Assembly (NCBI GenBank): GCA_965216255.1 | Contig: OZ244148.1 | Span: forward strand, 4,907,962 to 4,971,961 | DNA: 64,000 nt | Direction of reading: 5' to 3' | Source: Rhodothermales bacterium | GTDB lineage: Bacteria; Bacteroidota; Rhodothermia; Rhodothermales; Bin80 | Shown: positions 51,601 through 59,558 of the stretch, piece after piece | Layout: each line of letters begins with the position of its first letter | Position numbering within the stretch: the first letter of the stretch is position 1 | Notes under the pieces: model-generated | What the model was told of the DNA's origin: nothing | Seen by the model: only the letters and a program-made list of their open reading frames with translations | Database searches by the model: none | Made by a program: the position numbers and the translations under genes

Positions 51601-54445
51601 TGACGCCACTCTTAAGCCTGTCATCTTAGTCTACCAGACCCTCGAAGGTACGGCGGAGTCTGGCGCGGACTATCATTCGACGCGAGGGGCTCTGACATTT
51701 GAAAGGGGAGAGATAGCCAAGGTCATCGAGGTGCCGGTGGTAGATGATGGCATAGACGAGCCGGACGAGACGTTTACGGTGCTGATAGGCGGAGCGCTGA
51801 ATGCGGAATTGATGCGGTCTGTAGCCACGGCAACGATACTCGATGACGATGAGGCGCCGGTGGTGGAAGTGGCGGGGGATGTAACCGTGGGCGAAGGGGA
51901 TGCAGCGGCCGTCTTCACGGTGACGCTGCGCGGCAGGAGTGCATGGCCTGTGGAGGTGGAATACGAGACGGAGGACATCACGGCCAGGGAGGGTCTGGAC
52001 TACACATCTGCATCCGGGAGGCTGAGCATACCACCGGGTTTTGGAACGGGTACGCTTACCGTGGTTGTGCTTGAGGATGAGGTGGATGAGCCCGATGAGG
52101 CGTTTTTGCTGCGGCTTACCGGTGCAGAGCGGGCGACGTTGGGATCCGCGCAGGCACGGGGCATCATCATGGACAATGATGCTACCCCCGCACTGCGGAT
52201 AGATGATGTGACGGTAGTGGAAAGCGAGGCAAGTGCGGTGTTTACGGTAGGAATGAGTCCTGCCAGTTCGGAGCGTGTGCTGGTAAACTATGCGACTTCA
52301 GACGAGACGGCGACGGCGGGGCTGGATTATGTGGATACGAATGGCACGTTGGCGTTGGAGCCGGGAGAGGTGGAAGCGCAGATCACGGTGCCGGTGGAGT
52401 TGGACGGTGTGGACGAGCTGGATGCAGAGACCTTTCTGGTTACGCTAAGTGCGGCGGTTGCTGCCGAAATAGCCGACGGAGAAGGTCGGGGCACCATATT
52501 GGACGACGACGAGCCGGTATCGCTGAGTATCTTTGATGTAACGGTGGCGGAGGATGCAGGTATGGCGAACTTTGTGGTGGGGATGAGTCAGGTGAGCGGA
52601 AAATTCGTGAGCGTCAATTTTGCGACTTCGGATGAGACGGCGCAGCAGGGTAGCGACTATACGGCCTCGAATGGCATCATAGTGTTTGAGCCGGGAAGTC
52701 AGACGGGCAAGATAGCCGTCTCTATTGTGGACGATGTTCTGGACGAGAGTGCGGAGGAGACCTTCAAGGCGACGCTAAGCAATGCAAGCAATGCCGTCAT
52801 AGCGAGGGGAGAGGCCACGGGGACGATTTTGGACAACGAGGGGCAGCCATTGCTGCGGGTAGACGACGTAACGGTGAGTGAAGAGGATGGTGTTGCTTCG
52901 TTTCGGGTGTGGCTATCGGAGCCGAGCAGCAGGATGGTGATGGTGGGCTACCGCACCGTGGATGGTAGCGCCGAGGCCGGAGCAGACTATGAGGGTCAGC
53001 AAGGGACGGTGACGTTTGAGCCTGGACAGATCGAGGAGACCATAGCGGTAAAGTTGATAAGGGATGGCCGGGACTGGGCCACAGAGACATTTACCCTGGC
53101 GCTGGAATCAGCCACCCATGCACAGATAGAGGACCCTGCAGCGACGGCCACGATTGTGGAGGAAGGATCGGTGCTGGGCGACGTAATGGCACAATGGCTG
53201 GCCCGCTTCAGCAGGACGTCAGCCGGTCATGTGGCCAGTGCACTGGAAGATCGCGTGCAGTGGCTCACGTCTGCACCGCACTGTACGCCACGGATGGGCA
53301 GTGGCATCAAGCATTTCCGATACATGAATCCGTCATGGGATCCGTCGGTCGGCGAATTGTTTTCGGGCTGTTCGATGGCCCTGAAATCGGCGAGAGGGCA
53401 GGGTGAGATGAGTCTCTGGGGGCGCGGCGCGTATACGCGCTTTAATGGCAGAGACGGGCAGCTAAGTATCAAGGGCAATGTTTCGACGGCGGCGTTAGGC
53501 GTGGATTACCTGTCGCCGCGAGGCTGGTTGACCGGAGTGCTGTTGGCCCATAGCCGGGGCGACGGCACGTTTGCGGCGGTGGATCTGGAAGGTGAAGCAC
53601 GCTCTAGCCTCACGGGGATCTATCCGTACGTGCGATACGGCAATACAAGGCGTTCCGTCTGGGGCATGGCCGGGTACGGGACGGGCACGGCGCTGCTGGA
53701 ATCGGAAGACAGCCTGGAGTCTGCGCTGGATGCTGTCATGGGGTTAGCCGGCATGCGTGTTGGGCTTCTGAAAATGGGACAAGCTCATGTCTCGTATGAG
53801 GCGGACGCACTGGTGGTTCGCACGACGGCGGACAATCTGGACGTACTCGTGCACCGTGTGCGTGCGGGCCTGGAGGGCGTCTTGCGTCTGAGCCAGGGGT
53901 GGAGCCCGTATGTGGAGGCTTCCGTGCGGCAGGATGGAGGAGATGCCGAGACCGGTATCGGCGTGGAAGTAGCCGGAGGCGTACGCTATGCTGGCAATGC
54001 GCTGAAAGCGGAAGTAACCTCCCGGGGGCTGCTGGCCCATGCCTCGACAGGATTCGCGGAATGGGGCGTAGCCGGGGCTCTGCACTATGGCAACGCCGCG
54101 GGCCTGGGTCCTGCGGCATCCATACGGCCCTCGTGGGGCACAGCGCACTCGGGTGGCATGCAAGCGTTGTGGCGATCGGCATCCATAGAAGACGCGCTGC
54201 ATGGAATATCGGGTGCAAGAAGATTGGAGCTGGCGCTCGGATATGGCATGCCCTCCATAGTGGGCACGGGAGTCGCAAGGCCGGTGGCAGCAATGACCTT
54301 GCAGGAGCAAGGCAGAGAATACAGGCTGGGCTACGAAGTGGCTATGCGTCGCTACCTGAACCTGTCCATGGAGGCCGTGGCGCGCACTGTAGCCGTGAAC
54401 AAACGCAACTACGGCGTCAGTGTCCGCGGAACCATGCGCTGGTAG
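39602..54445 (+). CDS. Giant Calx-beta tandem-repeat protein, C-terminal 4,947 codons with autotransporter-like beta-barrel (continuation of 29197-39468 in another frame; no credible own start)
   Basis: The frame opens inside a repeat unit, so GTG 39602 is only the first possible start codon. About 40 further Calx-beta units follow, then a non-repeat C-terminal domain of about 430 aa ending ...VSVRGTMRW. Confidence 0.8.
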   Translation: MSIEDADPVTATSDATATAGQDYDAVVGGSLVIPAGKTDTTIVVGTIDDALSEEAETFVLTLEEPEGADLAVGAAVGTGTIEDNDDAPTVSIGDAPLVTEGVDAVFAVKLSEASGREVTVPYATSDATATAGQDYDAVVGGSLVIPAGKTDTTIVVGTIDDALSEETETFVLTLEEPEGADLAVGAAVGTGTIEDNDDAPTVSIGDAPSVTEGVDAVFAVKLSEASGQEVTVPYATSDATATAGQDYDAVVGGSLVIPAGKTDTTIVVGTIDDALSEETETFTLTLQDPVGADLAVGAAVGTGTIEDNDDAPTVSIEDAPSVTEGVDAVFAVKLSEASGREVTVPYATSDATATAEQDYDAVVGGSLVIPAGKTDTTIVVGTIDDALSEEAETFVLTLEEPEGADLAVGAAVGTGTIEDNDEAPVVSIEDAPLVTEGVDAVFAVKLSEASGQVVTVPYATSDATATAGQDYDAVVGGSLVIPAGKTDTTIVVGTIDDALSEEAETFVLTLEEPEGADLAVGAAEGTGTILDNDDAPTVSIEDAPSVTEGVDAVFAVKLSVASGQEVTVPYATSDATATAGQDYDAVVGGSLVIPAGKTDTTIVVGTTDDVLSEETETFVLTLQDPEGADLAVGGAEGTGTILDNDDAPTVSIEDAPSVMEGVDAVFAVKLSEASGQKVTVPYATSDASATAGQDYDAVVGGSLVIPAGKTDTTIVVGTIDDALSEETETFTLTLQDPVGADLAVGAAVGTGTIEDNDDAPVVSIEDAPSVTEGVDAVFAVKLSEASGREVTVPYATSDATATAGQDYDAVVGGSLVIPAGKTDTTIVVGTIDDALSEETETFTLTLQDPVGADLAVGAAVGTGTIEDNDDAPVVSIEDAPSVTEGVDAVFAVKLSEASGREVTVPYATSDATATAGQDYDAVVGGSLVIPAGKTDTTIVVGTIDDALSEEAETFVLTLEEPEGADLAVGAAVGTILDNDGAPTVSIEDAPLVTEGVDAVFAVKLSEASGREVTVPYATSDATATAEQDYDAVVGGSLVIPAGKTDTTIVVGTIDDALSEEAETFVLTLEEPEGADLAVGAAVGTGTIEDNDEAPVVSIEDAPLVTEGVDAVFAVKLSEASGQVVTVPYATSDATATAGQDYDAAVGGSLVIPAGKTDTTIVVGTIDDVLSEETETFVLTLQDPVGANLAVGAAEGTGTILDNDGTPTVSIEDAPSVTEGVDAVFAVKLSVASGQEVTVPYETSDATATAGQDYEAAVGGSLVIPAGKTDTTIVVGTSDDALSEETETFVLTLQDPVGADLAVGAVVGTGTILDNDDAPILSIEDADPVTEGVDAVFAVKLSEASGQEVTVSYTTVDVTATAGQDYDAVVGGSLVIPAGKTDTTIVVGTTDDDLDEEDTETFTLVLSAPLNATLDEDEGTGTILDNDDAPTVSIEDAPSVTEGVDAVFAVKLNVASALEVTVPYETSDATATAGQDYDAVVGGSLVIPAGKTDTTIVVGTTDDVLSEETETFVLTLQDPVGANLAVGAAEGTGTILDNDGTPTVSIEDAPSVTEGVDAVFAVKLSVASGQEVTVPYETSDATATAGQDYEAAVGGSLVIPAGKTDTTIVVGTSDDALSEETETFVLTLQDPVGADLAVGAVVGTGTILDNDDAPILSIEDADPVTEGVDAVFAVKLSEASGQEVTVSYTTVDVTATAGQDYDAVVGGSLVIPAGKTDTTIVVGTTDDDLDEEDTETFTLVLSAPLNATLDEDEGTGTILDNDDAPTVSIEDAPSVTEGVDAVFAVKLNVASALEVTVPYETSDATATAGQDYEAAVGGSLVIPAGKTDTTIVVGTTDDVLSEETETFVLTLQDPVGANLAVGAAEGTGTILDNDGTPTVSIEDAPSVTEGVDAVFAVKLSVASGQEVTVPYETSDATATAGQDYDAAVGGSLVIPAGKTDTTIVVGTIDDVLPEETETFTLTLQDPVGANLAVGAVVGTGTILDNDDAPTVSIEDAPSVTEGVDAVFAVKLSEASGQEVTVSYTTVDVTATAGQDYDAVVGGSLVIPAGKTDTTIVVGTTDDDLDEEDTETFTLVLSAPLNATLDEDEGTGTILDNDDAPTVSIEDAPSVTEGVDAVFAVKLNVASALEVTVPYETSDATATAGQDYDAVVGGSLVIPAGKTDTTIVVGTIDDVLSEETETFVLTLQDPVGANLAVSAAVGTGTILDNDDAPTVSIEDAPSVTEGVEAVFAVKLSVASALEVTVPYATSDVTATAGQDYEAAVGGSLVIPVGKTDTTIVVGTIDDAVSEETETFVLTLQDPVGADLAVGAAEGTGTIEDNDEVPTVSIEDAPSVTEGVEAVFAVRLSEASGREVTVPYATVDATATAGQDYEAAVGGSLVIPAGKTDTTIVVGTTDDVLSEETETFVLTLQDPVGADLAVGAAEGTGTILDNDGAPTVSIEDAPSVMEGVDAVFVVRLSVTSGQEVTVPYATSDATATAGQDYEAAVGGSLVIPAGKTDTTIVVGTTDDAVSEDTETFILTLQDPVGADLAVGAAEGTGTIEDNDDAPTVSIEDAPAVTEGGDAVFAVKLSVASGQKVTVPYATSDATATGGQDYEAVVGGSLVIPAGKTDTTIVVGTIDDAVSEDTETFILTLQDPVGADLAVGGAEGTGTIEDNDDAPTVSIEDADPVTEGVAAEFTVTLSEVSGRDVVVPYVTSDGTANSPGDYVAEPSGSVKIKAGETEVTIEVHTIDDVEQEEEETFAVTLSDPVGAALAVGGEAATGTILDNDGAPTVSIEDAPPVTEGGKAEFVVRLSVASGQEVTVPYATSDATATAGADYEAETAGSLTIEAGRTDTTIVLQTLDDDLNEESETFTVTLGEPVGAELAVGGEDGTGTILDNDDAPTVSIEDAPPVTEGGEAVFAVTLSGVSGRQVVVAYATGDGTATGGQDYDAAVGGSLVIPAGKADTTIAVQTIDDAEKEETETFEVLLGDVQGATIEEGRGVAEGTIEDNEGVSVRIADAEAVIEGGNATFAVTLSEASGQAVVLTYATRDVTAISPGDYAAEPNGSMTIEAGKTDTTIVVQTIDDTEKEEEETFEVVLTSAAGAGIEAGGSVGRGTIRDNDTARTVRIADAEVVTEGEVATFVLTLSGASNQAVVVGYATEDVTATSPGDYVAEPNGSVTIAVAETEVVIEVQTTDDTEREDRETFVVRLGDVAGATIEQGSGVAEGTIEDNEDISVRIADVRVAEDAGVAVFVVTLSAESDAVVTVAYATADGSAEAGLDYSSRSGTLTFAVGDTEKEIRVSITDDALDEEAETFEVRLSAPVGAVLSNVVATGTILDNEPSLRIDDVTVAEAAGEAVFKVTLSPQSNWEVTLAYATADGSAEAGLDYSLDSGTLTFAVGDTEKEIRIPITDDALDEEDETFTVTLTNPSSAGVTRPVATGTIEDDDAASSLIVEDLEVFEHEETASISVLLTSESQETVVVRYVTEDVTATAAAEDYLSSEGTLEFAPGQSLGQIEVGILEDGHVEGDETFRVFLSDAVHAGIADGEAVVTIRDNDVWSELRIGDAIAAEGGGTATFAVSLTPAAVEMVTVGYATADGSAEAGLDYTSGSGTLTFSAAETRKTFTVDVLEDTEVEQNETFTVELSDVMGARIALGIGVGTILDNDGISTLTVADMEVGEEIGTARVRVVLSPARGEEVTVAYATSDGTARQGEDYTAVTNTLSIPIGGEEGWIPIEITNDGIVEPDEAFTVTLSAPTHAILGNETATVAIVDDDLPVLSINNPFAPEHQGIMVFMLSLDQVRDEAVTVNYATMDVSATAGADYVSHAGIARIAAGALRQEIEVGIIEDAALESSETFEMVLSDARGAEIGVAVGRGTILDNDEYNMAIRDVEVEEDEGSAVFTVELDYRNTDQEVSVSYRTLAGTAEEDEDFHGESGRLVFAPGALRRQIQVSIVDDAEHEADEAFSVVLSQVENATLVDAEATATIRDNDLRKVDITGVTVVEGEGVARFAVNLDDATLKPVILVYQTLEGTAESGADYHSTRGALTFERGEIAKVIEVPVVDDGIDEPDETFTVLIGGALNAELMRSVATATILDDDEAPVVEVAGDVTVGEGDAAAVFTVTLRGRSAWPVEVEYETEDITAREGLDYTSASGRLSIPPGFGTGTLTVVVLEDEVDEPDEAFLLRLTGAERATLGSAQARGIIMDNDATPALRIDDVTVVESEASAVFTVGMSPASSERVLVNYATSDETATAGLDYVDTNGTLALEPGEVEAQITVPVELDGVDELDAETFLVTLSAAVAAEIADGEGRGTILDDDEPVSLSIFDVTVAEDAGMANFVVGMSQVSGKFVSVNFATSDETAQQGSDYTASNGIIVFEPGSQTGKIAVSIVDDVLDESAEETFKATLSNASNAVIARGEATGTILDNEGQPLLRVDDVTVSEEDGVASFRVWLSEPSSRMVMVGYRTVDGSAEAGADYEGQQGTVTFEPGQIEETIAVKLIRDGRDWATETFTLALESATHAQIEDPAATATIVEEGSVLGDVMAQWLARFSRTSAGHVASALEDRVQWLTSAPHCTPRMGSGIKHFRYMNPSWDPSVGELFSGCSMALKSARGQGEMSLWGRGAYTRFNGRDGQLSIKGNVSTAALGVDYLSPRGWLTGVLLAHSRGDGTFAAVDLEGEARSSLTGIYPYVRYGNTRRSVWGMAGYGTGTALLESEDSLESALDAVMGLAGMRVGLLKMGQAHVSYEADALVVRTTADNLDVLVHRVRAGLEGVLRLSQGWSPYVEASVRQDGGDAETGIGVEVAGGVRYAGNALKAEVTSRGLLAHASTGFAEWGVAGALHYGNAAGLGPAASIRPSWGTAHSGGMQALWRSASIEDALHGISGARRLELALGYGMPSIVGTGVARPVAAMTLQEQGREYRLGYEVAMRRYLNLSMEAVARTVAVNKRNYGVSVRGTMRW
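43000..46015 (+). repeat. Higher-order repeat: three near-identical 1005-nt blocks (3 Calx-beta units each)
   Basis: GGACAATGATGGCACGCCGACGG recurs at 43201, 44206 and 45211. Antisense ORF sets recur at +1005 (42999/44004/45009; 43693/44698/45703; 43815/44820/45825). Confidence 0.9.
53160..54445 (+). other. C-terminal autotransporter-like (type Va) translocator domain of the giant protein
   Basis: The repeats stop. A helix-like linker (VLGDVMAQWLARFSRTSAGHVASALEDRVQWL) is followed by alternating-hydrophobic strands rich in G/Y/R (SLWGRGAYTRFNGRDG, GVDYLSPRGWLTGVLLAHSRGDG, LTGIYPYVRYG, YRLGYEVAMRRYLNLSMEA). The terminal residues are ...RGTMRW, an aromatic C-terminus. Confidence 0.6.
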
Positions 54446-54514
54446 CCGCGGCATCGGCCATGCTCGCCATGGACGTTAAGCCGGATGAAATCGATGGCAC
54501 GTGTCCGGGGCAAT

Positions 54515-54530
54515 GTAAGCGTCCGGTGAA
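54515..54530. repeat. IS66 terminal inverted repeat (left in window)
   Basis: GTAAGCGTCCGGTGAA. Confidence 0.8.
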
Positions 54531-54632
54531 GTACAGGTCAGCGGCAGCTACAGGTGTGTCGATGGGTATAGGACGGCTGGAAGGCGCAGAGCAGGTGGGC
54601 TTGCCGGATCCGGCACACTCGGCGCTTGGCAG

Positions 54633-56083
54633 CTATGCCGCCTTGTGTTTGTCAGCTTGTCGTGCCTTCTGCCAATGATGAGGCAAGAGGTCAGCTACGC
54701 GCCTGGCCGGATGCGTCGGGATGCGCTCGAACACGTCCGTGAGCCACTCCTGGGGATTAACACCGTGTAGCTTGCACGTGCCAAGTAGCGAATAGACCAC
54801 GGCTGCCCGCTGGGCCGCATCATGTGATCCCGCGAACAGGTAATTCTTGCGGCCGATAACCAACGGCCGCAGGGCATTTTCAATGAGGTTATTGTCCAGC
54901 TCCACGCGGCCCTCATCCAGGTATCGGGTCAGCCTTTTCCAAAGGCCGAGCGTATAGTTGGTCGCCTGGCCCCAAGGGCTCTTGGGCAATCCCCCGTTCG
55001 CCTCCAGCCAGGGCTTCAGCGCTTCCAGTACAGGCCGGGCCTCTTCCTGACGTATCGCAGCCTGCGCTCTATGGCGTAGAGTCGCCTGATCTTTGTCAAC
55101 ACGTGCTCGGCCTTCTCCGGTTCGTAGCTACGACAGTCGTAGAACTTGCGACGGGCATGCGCCATGCATCCGTAGACCGTCATAGACGGATGCGCTTCGA
55201 AGACGTTGTAGGCCACATACCCGTCCGTCTGCAACGCTCCCGCATACCCACCCAAGAACGCCACCGGACCTGCACGGGCACGGCTCTTGCGATACTCCAT
55301 CACAAACAGCTTCTGCTCCGGAGTGTGGTACGCCCAGTAAAAACCCCGATGGGTCTTGCCCTTCTTCTTTCGATCCTGGACCTGGATACGCGTCTCATCC
55401 GCCTGCAGATACCCGCTTAAGAGCGCCTCCTGCTTGAGTGCATCATACAGCGGCCCAAGGTGCCATGCCGACTGCGCTATCCAGCCTCCCAGCGTGGACT
55501 TGGCAATTTCAATGCCTTCCCGCCGGAAACGCTGCTGCTGCCGGTACAGGGGCAAGTGGTCACAGTACTTGTTAACCACCACATCGGCCAACAATCCCGG
55601 TCCGGCCATGCCCTTGTCCACCAGCCGCGGAGGCAACTCGGCGATGATGACGCCGCTGTCCTCATCGGTCGGGTCCACGTACTTGGGGCGATGAATCTCG
55701 ACCTCCTTTATCATGCTGGGCACGATCTCCAGGTACTGCGTCTTCTCCATGCCGATGCAAATGAGACCTGTCGTGTCCTCTTCAGGCTGGATTACGATCG
55801 TCTCGCGGGGCAGGTGATCCGGCAGATCCTCGAAGTCCGGACGCCGCTTGGCCTTGCGCCGCTTCCGCTTCGGCTGATCCGTCTCGGGCTCGGGCGGCAG
55901 GGGCGCCTCGACCCCCATGTCGTCAAACAAGAGGCCCTGCTGCGCCTCCGGCCCCAGTACATACCTTTCGCTCCTGGAGCCAAAGAGCAGGCGGAGGGCT
56001 TCAGCCAGCTGTTTGTCCTTGCTCTCCAATTTCGCCTGCAGCCGGCTTATCTCCTCGGACTGGCTGGCGTTCTGCTTAAGCAC
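54633..56083 (-). pseudogene. tnpC: IS66 transposase TnpC with -1 frame break
   Basis: ORF 55016-56083 contains LPLYRQQQRF, ADETRIQV and GCMAHARRKF, and stops at ...LYAIERRLRYVRKRPGLYWKR*. The -1 frame continues QEEARPVLEALKPWLEANGGLPKSPWGQATNYTLGLW...IDNNLIENALRPLVIGRKNYLFAGS. The total of 1451 nt is not a multiple of 3. The N-terminal start is also unclear. Confidence 0.8.
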
Positions 56084-56203
56084 CGCGGCAAGCTGCGCAC
56101 GGAGGACGTGAGGTTCCGCGGAAGAGGGGGAGGAATGTGCTCCGGGCTGTATGATTGTTCAACAACGCCTGCACATGCATTGTTCCACGTTTCCACATAC
56201 TAT

Positions 56204-56551
56204 TTATCCCGATTTCCGGCTCTTAACCGCATACCGGCGCCGGTATTTTACGGACTTCAGCGACACTCCCTCCAGTAACATCACCATCTGCGTCCACGTC
56301 GGCATATCCTCTTTCGGCAGCTCAAACGTACCCGCTTCAAGCCTTTTGTAAAACAAGGCGAAGCCGTTTCGGTCCCACGAAAGCGCCTTTAGATGGCTCC
56401 GCCTCCTGTTGACGAACACAAAGACGTCCCCCGACATGGGATCCCGCTTCATGTCGCTTTTCACCAAGGCGCACAGGCCGTCAAAGCTCTTGCGCATGTC
56501 GGCTGGCGGCCGGTAAAAGAAATACCGGTGCGAAGGCCCCAGTCCGATCAT
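56204..56551 (-). CDS. tnpB: IS66 Orf2 accessory protein (IS66 TnpB)
   Basis: Intact at 115 aa, with FFYRPPADMRKSFDGLCALV and VFVFVNRRRSHLKALSWDRNGFALFYKRLEAGTF. Its ATG overlaps the tnpA stop (ATGA). Confidence 0.85.
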   Translation of the reverse strand: MIGLGPSHRYFFYRPPADMRKSFDGLCALVKSDMKRDPMSGDVFVFVNRRRSHLKALSWDRNGFALFYKRLEAGTFELPKEDMPTWTQMVMLLEGVSLKSVKYRRRYAVKSRKSG

Positions 56552-56840
56552 GACTGCACCAGCTGCGCCAGGTACGAGGCAGATACCGGCGCCAAGAGGC
56601 GCACGCGTATCCCGCCCGGGTACATGATCTCCACTTGCGCCTCTTCACCTGCCACGGGTCTGCCAATCTCCACAAAGGCGCCGCTGCCGCAGCCTCCAGG
56701 CGATACTTCCGACGCCAGTAAAACAGCTGCCCATACGAGATGCCGCGCTCGGCACAGAACGCTGCAGCGGTCTGGCTGCTTTCTTCATACTGTTCCATGA
56801 GCGGAAACATTTCTTCCGCCGTACGTCTGGGCTGTCTCAT
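56548..56840 (-). pseudogene. tnpA: IS66 Orf1 (TnpA) with -1 frame break
   Basis: The N-terminus MRQPRRTAEEMFPLMEQYEESSQTAAAFCAERGISYGQLFYWRRKYR runs into non-family sequence. The family-like C-terminus FVEIGRPVAGEEAQVEIMYPGGIRVRLLAPVSASYLAQLVQS* lies in the -1 frame. The total of 293 nt is not a multiple of 3. Confidence 0.75.
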
Positions 56841-56910
56841 GCCATCCAGGCTTTGAATCCTCGGGTCTATGAGTAATCTCCCGAGAAATCGTCACCTTTT
56901 CCAGATGGGT

Positions 56911-56922
56911 TTCACCGCACGC

Positions 56923-56926
<4 letters not shown>
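56911..56926. repeat. IS66 terminal inverted repeat (right in window)
   Basis: TTCACCGCACGCTTAC, the reverse complement of GTAAGCGTGCGGTGAA. Confidence 0.8.
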
Positions 56927-58413
<1,487 letters not shown>

Positions 58414-58421
58414 GTCGCTGT

Positions 58422-59558
58422 TCAGGGATCCCGCGGCTCAGGTTCGTCGTCGCGAATGACGTCCACCAAGCGCGGATTTAGCAACCTCCACCGTTGCCCC
58501 AAGCGTTCGAGGTCGCCCGCCAGCACGACCGGCATCCGGTCGCCGTGGGCCTGAACTACCCTTTCGTAGTCCGCTCTCTCCAGAACCGCCGTGACCGACT
58601 GTCGTTGCGCGTCTATGTCGGTCACCAGACCGATGGTTCCGTCATCGTCCGCTTCTCCGCGTCTTAGAAGCCGGACGAAGCCGTAGAGCCGCACGTCCGA
58701 TCTGGGAGCGCGGTCGCGAAACGAACGCGCCGCTTCGCGCAGAAGGGCCGCGTCCGCGCGGCCGAACCGAACGAAGGTAGCCGGTGTTGTTACTGGCCTT
58801 GTCCGAGCCCACGAGACTCCAATGTCCAGGGCCGGAAACGGTACGAGGAGCAGGACCAGAGCCTCACATAGATTGGCGCTCACGCCGTTGGCCACTGCTT
58901 CTCCAAAGGCGCCCCCCTCGCCGGCCGCCGTGCGTTCTGCCGCCTCACGGACCGCGGTGAGGGCCTCGACTAGGCGTCTCGTCATCCGGCGTTCGATCGG
59001 GGCGTTCCTATCATTCGGATCCGGGAACAACGTCGGCATCAGCGGCGGCATGACCGGCGTTAGCAATGTCACCACGAAGCTGCCCTGGTCGGTCTGTCCC
59101 AGGCGCACCTGATTCAATACGTCCGCCGCCTCGCGGTTCGCGCCGGCCCGGTAGACCGGCTGCGGCTGGCGAAGCGAACACGCCACCGATAGCAGCATAT
59201 CGCGTGCGCCGACGATGAGGTCCACGCCCGCGTTCAACTTCACGCTGCCGTCGTCGCTCTCCGCGGCTCGGATGCGGACCGCGTCGCGGTCCGCGGTCAC
59301 TAGGGAACGATAGACGGCCAGCTCGTCCTGATCAGCGACCCTGGCGAACGTGTTGATCAGCGTCGCCACGACGCTCGCGTAGTCGCCGAGGCGCTCTGTA
59401 CGCGGGACGATGATTTCCGGCCGGGCCTCACCGACGTAAACGTCCGAATGTACCCGGTACGGTTCTTGCCGGCTCCACCCGGCGGCTCGGGCATACGCCG
59501 ACAGCGCCGCTGGTGAGACGGCCAGCAGCGCGCCCCGGTCATAGATGTTGACCTTCAT
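58422..59558 (-). CDS. Hypothetical 379-aa protein, no recognisable family (partner of the DUF4365-like gene)
   Basis: ATG 59558 overlaps the upstream stop by 1 nt (TGATG). The frame is continuous with host-like high-GC codon usage. It stops 8 nt before the hsdR ATG. No Walker A, DEAD or HNH-type motif was seen. The ORF-track start 59741 was trimmed. Confidence 0.6.
   Translation of the reverse strand: MKVNIYDRGALLAVSPAALSAYARAAGWSRQEPYRVHSDVYVGEARPEIIVPRTERLGDYASVVATLINTFARVADQDELAVYRSLVTADRDAVRIRAAESDDGSVKLNAGVDLIVGARDMLLSVACSLRQPQPVYRAGANREAADVLNQVRLGQTDQGSFVVTLLTPVMPPLMPTLFPDPNDRNAPIERRMTRRLVEALTAVREAAERTAAGEGGAFGEAVANGVSANLCEALVLLLVPFPALDIGVSWARTRPVTTPATFVRFGRADAALLREAARSFRDRAPRSDVRLYGFVRLLRRGEADDDGTIGLVTDIDAQRQSVTAVLERADYERVVQAHGDRMPVVLAGDLERLGQRWRLLNPRLVDVIRDDEPEPRDP

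Noticed and set aside
58422-59558. Calling the 379-aa protein a PrrC/RloC-type anticodon nuclease because of its position in the R-M operon.
   Set aside because: It has no ABC-ATPase Walker A/B motifs and no recognisable anticodon-nuclease C-terminal motif. Only the genomic context is analogous, so it is left as hypothetical.
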